Assembly: GCA_016186375.1 (NCBI GenBank)
Contig: JACPLS010000047.1
Location: 1-7,566, forward strand
Reading direction: 5' to 3'
DNA from: Candidatus Pacearchaeota archaeon
Lineage (GTDB): Archaea > Nanobdellota > Nanobdellia > Pacearchaeales > GW2011-AR1
DNA: 7,566 bases
The notes beneath the pieces are model-generated. The model was given only the letters and a program-made list of their open reading frames with translations, did no database searches and had not been told where the DNA came from. The translations under genes and the position numbers were made by a program. This document shows, piece after piece, positions 1 through 5,154 of the stretch (position 1 is the first letter of the stretch; every line of letters begins with the position of its first letter).

Positions 1-573
1 AGCATTAGATATTGGGATGGTGTCAGAATCGGTATTTTTGGTTATGTTTTTATCCCCTATAAAATGATTGATAATGGAAAAAGAAATAGCGAGGGATTTG
101 GTGATTTAGGAATAGGTGTAGGTCCAAGAGGTACTTTGACAAATAACTTAGGTAGTTTTCATTATCTCTCCGCTATAGGTATACAATTTCCCACAGGAGA
201 TTTTACAAAAAATCCATCATTAGGCAATGGAAGAACTGACTTAAGGTTCAGCATTGGCGCAACATACCTCTCTCATTCTTATAAGAGTGAAGTTGATGCA
301 TCACTTGATTATATTCGCACAGAGAAAGATGCAGCTGATGATATTTTCATTGGCATTGCAGCAGGTCATCAAATACAGAGGAAAATCAAGATTGGGGGAG
401 GTTTTTTAGGTAATATAAAATATGGTAATAATCAGGATATTTCTTATAAGTTAACATCGCGAGGTATTATACGATATACCTATTCTAAAAAATGGCATAC
501 AGAACTTTGGCTTGATAAAGGTATATTAGATGAACGGAATGAAGCAACATTAGTTTTCAGATATAATTTTTAA
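1..573 (+). CDS. Beta-barrel outer-membrane-type protein, 5' end cut by the window. Resembles the OMP family annotated 'putative MetA-pathway of phenol degradation / transporter'.
   Basis: The frame of ORF 64..573 stays open back to nt 1 (SIRYWDGVRIGIFGYVFIPYK-MIDNG...), so the ATG at 64 is probably internal. Amphipathic beta-strand patterning alternates throughout. Motifs GFGDLGIG and FPTGDF-x5-LGNGRTDL are typical of that family as I recall it. The C-terminus LVFRYNF ends in Phe, a classical OMP beta-signal. TAA stop at 571-573. Confidence 0.6.
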   Translation, partial: SIRYWDGVRIGIFGYVFIPYKMIDNGKRNSEGFGDLGIGVGPRGTLTNNLGSFHYLSAIGIQFPTGDFTKNPSLGNGRTDLRFSIGATYLSHSYKSEVDASLDYIRTEKDAADDIFIGIAAGHQIQRKIKIGGGFLGNIKYGNNQDISYKLTSRGIIRYTYSKKWHTELWLDKGILDERNEATLVFRYNF

Positions 574-580
574 GATAAGG

Positions 581-595
581 AAAAACTTAAATATA
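581..595 (+). promoter_or_regulatory. BRE/TATA-like promoter element for CDS 615..1115
   Basis: AAAAACTTAAATATA is centred about 25 nt upstream of ATG 615. No Shine-Dalgarno lies between them. The same motif recurs before other genes in the window. Confidence 0.5.
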
Positions 596-614
596 AACAA
601 AAGTATAAAATTAT

Positions 615-1115
615 ATGGAAACTGAGGCCCAATATAATATAGAAGATCTCCTAAATACTTCTTCCCTCTATAGGGAATTTCAGGCAGAAAGAGAGGAAGT
701 TATTAAACATAGATTTATCGAGTCAGAAAAAGCAGGATTTGATATTGGTTTTGAGAGAGCGTTAACTGATTGGATTGTTAAACATAGAGCTAAATGGCGA
801 AAGGGCAGAGAACAAAAAAATCTTCTTGATCAGATTAGAAGCCGCGGTCTTAATATTGAATTATTTTGTTCAATAGAAGAATTTATGAATTATAGTCCTA
901 TATCAGAAGCTGATTATCAAAACCATAATGAGATATTACGTTTAAAAGGTGATTATGTATTAAATGTTGATAATCGATTGGCTAGAACTGTTACGGCCCT
1001 GCCTTCTTCAATAAAAGGAGGAGTTATTACTACAGAATACAATTCCTCTGACTTTCATTGCAAAGTCCATTTTCAAGGACATAGTTTTAATCTAGAATTC
1101 AAACTCGAAATATAA
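615..1115 (+). CDS. Hypothetical two-domain protein: helical N-terminal domain with an ESEKAG-x-D-x-G...DWI motif, and a beta-rich C-terminal domain
   Basis: 166-aa ORF with an ATG start 25 nt after the TATA-like box and a TAA stop. The N-terminal HRFIESEKAGFDIGFERALTDWIVKHRAKW is a motif I recognise from small, mostly bacterial, conserved proteins, but I cannot name the family with certainty. The C-terminal 90 aa are predicted beta-rich. Confidence 0.75.
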   Translation: METEAQYNIEDLLNTSSLYREFQAEREEVIKHRFIESEKAGFDIGFERALTDWIVKHRAKWRKGREQKNLLDQIRSRGLNIELFCSIEEFMNYSPISEADYQNHNEILRLKGDYVLNVDNRLARTVTALPSSIKGGVITTEYNSSDFHCKVHFQGHSFNLEFKLEI

Positions 1116-1170
1116 TTGAAATTATAATCAGTATCTCCGCATGAGTGTTCAAACTATTAAATTAATCCAC

Positions 1171-1183
1171 AAAGCTTAAATAC
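1171..1183 (+). promoter_or_regulatory. BRE/TATA-like element upstream of ATG 1206
   Basis: AAAGCTTAAATAC is centred about 28 nt upstream of ATG 1206, matching the window-wide promoter consensus. It may instead lie inside the decayed 5' end of the endonuclease-IV-like gene. Confidence 0.35.
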
Positions 1184-1186
1184 TTA

Positions 1187-1205
1187 ACCTATCTATTAGA
1201 TAGGT
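1187..1205. promoter_or_regulatory. Perfect 9+1+9 palindrome (ACCTATCTA T TAGATAGGT): operator-like site or 5' hairpin
   Basis: Read directly from the sequence. The arms are exact reverse complements. It lies between the TATA-like box (1171-1183) and ATG 1206. Confidence 0.4.
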
Positions 1206-1342
1206 ATGAAAAGAGTAAAAGTTATAGAGAAATCGATACTCACATTGAAGGGAATAAAATGTTTTCTTGAAATGAAGCCGTTCTTATTGGAAACAAAGCC
1301 AAAGAACTAGGAATAGATTTAAGCATTCATGCTCCTTACTTT

Positions 1343-1930
1343 GTGAACTTAAATTCACTAGAGAAAGAAAAAATAGAAGCAACAAAAATACGTATTATAA
1401 AGTGTTGTGAAATTGGTGAAATTTTAGGTGCAAAGATAGTTGTTTTTCATCCAGGATATTACACTAATGGAGGTAAAACAGAAGAAAATAAGGAACAAAC
1501 CTATATTACAATAAAAGATGGAATAAATGATATGCTTAGGTTAATTAATAAAAAAAATTGGAAGATTAAAATAGCTCCAGAGACCATGGGAAAGGTTAAT
1601 GTATTTGGTTCAATTTATGAAATATCTCGTCTAATAAAAGAAACTGGATGTTCTTTTTGTATTGATTTTGCACATATTCTCGCAAGAGAAAAGAAAATTG
1701 AATATCAAAAAATAGAATTATTATTTCCTCAGAAAGATTGGCATGTTCATTTCTCGGGAATTATTTATGGTGAAAAAGGTGAAAAATCACACAGAACAAC
1801 AGAAAAGCAAGAGTGGAGAGAATTATTAAAAAATCTACCAAAAGACAAAGAAATTAGAATAATTAATGAATCTCCCACAATGATTGATGATAGTATTGAA
1901 GGATTAAAGATTTTGAGGGAAATACAATGA
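1343..1930 (+). CDS. Endonuclease IV-like / xylose-isomerase-like TIM-barrel protein (AP endonuclease family 2), N-terminally truncated; probable pseudogene or decayed gene
   Basis: The ORF carries the ordered metal-ligand motifs of the family: VVFHPG, APET, CIDFAH, HVHFSG, EKSHRT, INESP. The first ligand motif (SIHAPYFVNL) lies upstream of the only canonical start (GTG 1343). Family-like sequence continues upstream (NEAVLIGNKAKELGIDLSIHAPY) to an in-frame TGA at 1268-1270 and beyond it. TGA stop at 1928-1930. Confidence 0.7.
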   Translation: MNLNSLEKEKIEATKIRIIKCCEIGEILGAKIVVFHPGYYTNGGKTEENKEQTYITIKDGINDMLRLINKKNWKIKIAPETMGKVNVFGSIYEISRLIKETGCSFCIDFAHILAREKKIEYQKIELLFPQKDWHVHFSGIIYGEKGEKSHRTTEKQEWRELLKNLPKDKEIRIINESPTMIDDSIEGLKILREIQ

Positions 1931-2068
1931 ATAAATATCCAAGTGTGATATTGAGAAACCAACCCTTATTTTATTATATTTTCCAGATTTCTCAAAGGCG
2001 TTGTGTGCACTAAATTTCCTGGTGAATTTATTTTCAAAGTCATTTTCTAAGTATACCTTGTTATTCTC

Positions 2069-2398
2069 CTAAATGTTTAATTTTGTTCCTTTGAAAGCAC
2101 GAAGTTTTTCTGTAAATTTCGAAGTGAATTTACCATTATTAACATAAGACTTTTCCCTTGGTCTTTCCGAAATATTTTTTGTGTTCCTCTCATTAAAAGA
2201 TTTAATATTGTTTTTCCTTTCCCTCTCAATCTGTTCAAGGCGTCCTTGAGCCTTGCCGGGCTCAAACCTGCAAATATTTAATACATCGAGCATTTTTTCA
2301 AGAATATCCTCGTAACTTTCTCTTTTATAGGAACGCAAATGTTCTATTCGATCCTTTGTCTTTTTGCTTAGTTTTATAGTTGTAATTTCCTGACGCAT
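2069..2398 (-). CDS. Ribbon-helix-helix / VapB-type (putative antitoxin-like) small DNA-binding protein with a long basic C-terminal tail
   Basis: 109 aa. The N-terminus TTIKLSKKTKDRIEHLRSYKRESYEDILEKMLD fits the strand-helix-helix pattern of archaeal VapB-type putative antitoxins (formerly DUF217, as I recall). The C-terminal 65 aa are Lys/Arg/Asn/Glu-rich. A leaderless-type promoter sits 26 nt upstream. TAG stop. Confidence 0.6.
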   Translation of the reverse strand: MRQEITTIKLSKKTKDRIEHLRSYKRESYEDILEKMLDVLNICRFEPGKAQGRLEQIERERKNNIKSFNERNTKNISERPREKSYVNNGKFTSKFTEKLRAFKGTKLNI

Positions 2399-2399
2399 A

Positions 2400-2411
2400 A
2401 AGGTATACCTT
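2400..2411. promoter_or_regulatory. Perfect 12-bp palindrome AAGGTATACCTT between the TATA box and the start codon of the RHH gene: candidate autoregulatory operator
   Basis: Read directly; the sequence equals its own reverse complement. It begins 2 nt from the RHH start codon (2396-2398 on the + strand) and lies downstream of the TATA box at 2419-2433. Confidence 0.45.
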
Positions 2412-2418
2412 GCTATAC

Positions 2419-2433
2419 TATTTAAACCTTTTT
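2419..2433 (-). promoter_or_regulatory. BRE/TATA promoter for the RHH gene
   Basis: The minus strand reads AAAAAGGTTTAAATA, centred about 26 nt upstream of the ATG at 2398. Confidence 0.55.
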
Positions 2434-2467
2434 GTTACTTTAGAATGGTTGTTAAAATGTTATCACC

Positions 2468-2481
2468 AAAAAGTTTATAAA
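2468..2481 (+). promoter_or_regulatory. BRE/TATA promoter for the surface-protein gene
   Basis: AAAAAGTTTATAAA is centred about 48 nt upstream of ATG 2524, implying a 5' UTR of about 20 nt. It is divergent from the RHH promoter. Confidence 0.45.
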
Positions 2482-2523
2482 GAGTCTTTTAGTTGGATGT
2501 TTAACTAAATTTATACATAAACC

Positions 2524-3777
2524 ATGGAATCCAAAACATTTATGGTTTCACTTGTGGCAGCAGTATTTGCTATAGCAATGTTTTTTGTTGCTGGTGCATA
2601 TGCAAACGGTACTTTTGTACCTCCATTAGGGACCATCACAGACGTTGAGGTAAACGGTGTTGACACCGGAAGCGGAGTCAATATTGCATCTTTCGCTGGA
2701 CAGAATTTGCCAGTAGAAATAACCTTTATAGCATCTGAAGATATCTCTGATGTTAGAGTGAAGGCTTGGATATCTGGTGAAAGAGAATATGCTGTTTCTT
2801 CAAACAGATTTAAGGTTTTTAACGGAAGTACATATAATTGGGTTATCTCAGTTTCAGTACCTTTCGATTTAGACCCTAGAGAAAACTTGAAATTAAAAGT
2901 TTCTGTTGAGAGCAAGGGCGAGTCTGTTGAAAAAGAAGTTGCTCTTGCAGCACAAAGAGAATCCTATCTTGTAGAGATTCTTGATGTTGTAACTGACACA
3001 GAAGTCAAAGCAGGAGAAATGCTTGCTTTAGATATAGTGTTGAAGAACAGAGGTCTTGAGTTTTCTGAAGACACTTTTGTAAGGGCAAAAATACCTGCAT
3101 TAGGTGTTGAAGAAAGAGCTTATTTCGGAGACCTTTCACCAGTTGATCAGGGTGGAAACAATAACCCTGAAAAAGAAGATGCAGCTGAAAGAAGGCTGTT
3201 CCTTCGAATCCCTAGCACTGCAAAACCAGGAACATATGTTGTTGAGTTTGAAGCTTACAACGATGATTCCAGCACAACTTTAACAAAGAAAGTGAACGTA
3301 GTTGGCTCAGGACAAGAGAGCCGAGTCGTATCAGCTGTTAAAGAAAAGAATTTTGCTGTTGGAGAAAAAGGCAGTTATAGCATTACTTTAGTAAACGCTG
3401 GCAATAAGTTAAGCATCTATGAATTGGTTGTTGAAACATCTGACAAGAATCTCGATGTCAGTGTTGAAGAGCCGATTGTAGTTGTCCCAGCAGGGTCTAG
3501 CAGATCTGTAAAAGTAGAAACTTCCGCATTAAAAGCTGGAGAATATACATTTGCAGTTAATGTAAACTCTGACGGAGAGTCTGTTGCAAAAGAAAGCTTT
3601 ACTGCTAACGTTGACGGAAATAAGTCCGCATCAACAATCGTTGCAGGAGGAACTAATACAACAGTATTATTAACTGTTGTTCTTGCAATAGTATTTGTTG
3701 TGTTGCTTGTTGTCCTTATAGTGTTGCTGACAAGGAAACCTGAAAAGGAAAAAGAATTCGGAGAAAGTTACTACTAA
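2524..3777 (+). CDS. Secreted cell-surface protein: signal peptide, three tandem Ig-like/CARDB-like beta-sandwich domains, C-terminal TM anchor (S-layer-like or envelope protein)
   Basis: 417 aa. The N-terminal signal is MESKTFMVSLVAAVFAIAMFFVAGAYA. Three segments of about 100 aa have CARDB/NEW3-like patterning, e.g. VEILDVVTDTEVKAGEMLALDIVLKNRG...KPGTYVVEFEAYN and FAVGEKGSYSITLVNAGN...KAGEYTFAVNVNS. A C-terminal hydrophobic helix (VLLTVVLAIVFVVLLVVLIVLL) is followed by the charged tail RKPEKEKEFGESYY. Four N-x-S/T sequons. TAA stop. Confidence 0.8.
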   Translation: MESKTFMVSLVAAVFAIAMFFVAGAYANGTFVPPLGTITDVEVNGVDTGSGVNIASFAGQNLPVEITFIASEDISDVRVKAWISGEREYAVSSNRFKVFNGSTYNWVISVSVPFDLDPRENLKLKVSVESKGESVEKEVALAAQRESYLVEILDVVTDTEVKAGEMLALDIVLKNRGLEFSEDTFVRAKIPALGVEERAYFGDLSPVDQGGNNNPEKEDAAERRLFLRIPSTAKPGTYVVEFEAYNDDSSTTLTKKVNVVGSGQESRVVSAVKEKNFAVGEKGSYSITLVNAGNKLSIYELVVETSDKNLDVSVEEPIVVVPAGSSRSVKVETSALKAGEYTFAVNVNSDGESVAKESFTANVDGNKSASTIVAGGTNTTVLLTVVLAIVFVVLLVVLIVLLTRKPEKEKEFGESYY

Positions 3778-3784
3778 GTTTAAA

Positions 3785-3806
3785 TTTTTATTTTTTATTT
3801 TTTATT
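3785..3806 (+). terminator. Oligo-T archaeal-type terminator (T5-A-T6-A-T6-A-TT)
   Basis: Three consecutive T-runs start 8 nt after the surface-protein stop codon. Archaeal RNAP terminates at oligo-T tracts. Confidence 0.6.
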
Positions 3807-4077
3807 AACTTAGTAATTTTCTCTTTTTATTTCTTAATGAAAAATTTATTAAATATTAAGATTTAATTGTAGGAAATTATGGAACACAAAATAGACTTAA
3901 AAGAAAGGGATAAAAATAAAAATTATGAATGTATTATATCTCCTAAAAACTCTGAAGATAATTATAATTTATAGTTTGTATTGAATGCTTTAATAGGAAG
4001 TTTATTAAGTAAATAAACCTCATATTTTTTCATAAGAAACCTAGAAAATAATTAACAAATTCCCTTATAAGTGATTA

Positions 4078-4091
4078 CTAAACTTTATAAC
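4078..4091 (+). promoter_or_regulatory. TATA-like promoter for the hemerythrin-like gene
   Basis: CTAAACTTTATAAC lies about 37 nt upstream of ATG 4123. Confidence 0.4.
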
Positions 4092-4122
4092 GTATCATTT
4101 TCTTTAATATTTGTTATTAAAC

Positions 4123-4512
4123 ATGCCAACGATTTCAGATATTAAAAAAGAGCATGCGAAAATTGAACTTCTCCTCAAAAATATAGAGCAACATATGGAA
4201 AATAATATTCCTATACCCTATCTAATCTTTTGTTTAACAAAGCTAAATTCTATCTGGAATGAACATGAAAGAAAAGAAGAAGATATATTCAACCCAAATA
4301 GCGATTTTCCTGTGGAGAAGATGATTATTGAACAACACAGACAGTTAAGAGGCCATTGGAGAATTATTTCCGGATCAATATCTGAAGGAGATGTCAATAA
4401 GATTCTAGTTTCCCTAAATACTGATGGAAGAATGCTCATAGATAAATTCAGAAAACATATGAATTTAGAAGAAAATTATCTTAAAATTCATTTTATTCAC
4501 AGTAAAATTTAA
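4123..4512 (+). CDS. Hemerythrin-like (HHE cation-binding domain) protein
   Basis: 129 aa from ATG 4123; the track's 4111 start is a TTG. The ligand pattern is H (KKEH), HxxxE (HERKE), H (EQHRQL), HxxxE (HMNLE), spaced as in a four-helix-bundle hemerythrin/HHE domain. TAA stop. Confidence 0.7.
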   Translation: MPTISDIKKEHAKIELLLKNIEQHMENNIPIPYLIFCLTKLNSIWNEHERKEEDIFNPNSDFPVEKMIIEQHRQLRGHWRIISGSISEGDVNKILVSLNTDGRMLIDKFRKHMNLEENYLKIHFIHSKI

Positions 4513-4606
4513 TTAATAAAATCTAGGTCTTAAAGATATGGCGAATTTATTCTGTAAAAATTCTTCCTAGTTACAAAAATTATTTGAAAGACTTTCATAC
4601 CCACAT

Positions 4607-5017
4607 TTAAAAAAAGAGTATATTCCAGCTTCTATCATAAAATGAAGGCGGCGGCAAGGCTCTTATTCGAGTCATTTTTTCCATATGCTCTTTGAAAAAA
4701 CCAAGAGAAATAAGACACCTGGAAGCAAGAGCTAATCCTTCATATTCACAAACTTTAGGAAACAAGTTTTTTGGATTTCTCATATGAGTTTTTATAAATC
4801 CTGTTACAGTTATAGCTTCTTCATCATCTGCAAATTTTGCTTGGAGAGTTATGGCCATTATCTGCTCATAGGGATATTTCCATAGGCATCCAGCATAATC
4901 CCCCAATTCTATAGCCGCTTGCCTTAAAATCAATTTCTTATTATTTTCATCATCAAATAAACTCTTTATTGCGGTACAAGATTTAGAGTTTTCAAATATT
5001 TTCTTAATTAATTCCAT
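4607..5017 (-). CDS. Hypothetical cytoplasmic protein (no family recognised)
   Basis: 136-aa ORF with an ATG 27 nt downstream of a consensus TATA element. No TM segment or signal peptide. TAA stop embedded in an A7/T7 homopolymer. Confidence 0.65.
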   Translation of the reverse strand: MELIKKIFENSKSCTAIKSLFDDENNKKLILRQAAIELGDYAGCLWKYPYEQIMAITLQAKFADDEEAITVTGFIKTHMRNPKNLFPKVCEYEGLALASRCLISLGFFKEHMEKMTRIRALPPPSFYDRSWNILFF

Positions 5018-5036
5018 TTCGAACCAATAATCTAGG

Positions 5037-5051
5037 ATTTTTAAACTATAT
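5037..5051 (-). promoter_or_regulatory. BRE/TATA promoter for CDS 4607..5017
   Basis: The minus strand reads ATATAGTTTAAAAAT, centred about 27 nt upstream of the ATG at 5017. Confidence 0.5.
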
Positions 5052-5110
5052 TGTGATTATAGGCAAAAATTAAATTTTCTCTATGTTTTTACCACTATAA
5101 ACCAATAACC

Positions 5111-5124
5111 CTAATTTATATATT
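5111..5124 (+). promoter_or_regulatory. TATA-like promoter for CDS 5155..6015
   Basis: CTAATTTATATATT lies about 36 nt upstream of ATG 5155. It is divergent from the 5037-5051 promoter. Confidence 0.4.
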
Positions 5125-5154
5125 AAATCCCCCTTAAAAACTCATTAGAAAAAA

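Noticed and set aside
840-1115. PilZ-like (c-di-GMP binding) reading of the C-terminal domain of CDS 615..1115
   Set aside because: Only a degenerate xSxxGG (PSSIKGG) is present. No properly spaced RxxxR motif lies 20-30 aa upstream. The resemblance is too weak to call.
1268-1270. In-frame TGA as a recoded sense codon (code 4/25-like) or selenocysteine
   Set aside because: Trp is encoded by TGG in the other ORFs (e.g. KAWISG and YNWVIS in 2524..3777), and no other long ORF needs TGA readthrough. Reading TGA as sense at 1928 would need three further TGAs. No SECIS-like context is evident. A pseudogene or an assembly error is simpler.
1765-1962. 65-aa antisense ORF overlapping the 3' end of the endonuclease-IV-like gene
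   Set aside because: Shadow ORF within a CDS that has clear family motifs. No promoter element, and the sequence is hydrophobic and low-complexity.
2077-2265. 62-aa ORF in an alternative frame on the same strand inside the RHH gene
   Set aside because: It is nested within the longer ORF that carries the recognisable RHH N-terminus and the promoter. There is no independent start signal.
2511-2915. 134-aa ORF antisense to the surface-protein gene
   Set aside because: It lies almost entirely inside the strongly supported 2524..3777 CDS on the opposite strand. It has no promoter motif and a low-complexity Thr/Ser/Phe composition typical of a shadow frame.
3640-3777. PGF-CTERM / archaeosortase sorting signal on the surface protein
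   Set aside because: A C-terminal TM helix and basic residues are present, but no PGF/PEF tripeptide precedes the helix and the charged tail is longer than usual. I treat it as a plain membrane anchor.
3830-3975. C/D-box sRNA in the long spacer
   Set aside because: A CTGA (D-box-like) is present, but there is no canonical RUGAUGA C box at the right spacing and no terminal stem.
4111-4122. TTG start (MLLN-) proposed by the ORF track for the hemerythrin gene
   Set aside because: The ATG at 4123 is 4 codons downstream and fits the promoter spacing better. All other genes here use ATG except the truncated 1343 ORF.
4218-4439. 73-aa ORF antisense to the hemerythrin-like gene
   Set aside because: Shadow frame of a CDS with an intact HHE ligand pattern. 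No promoter.
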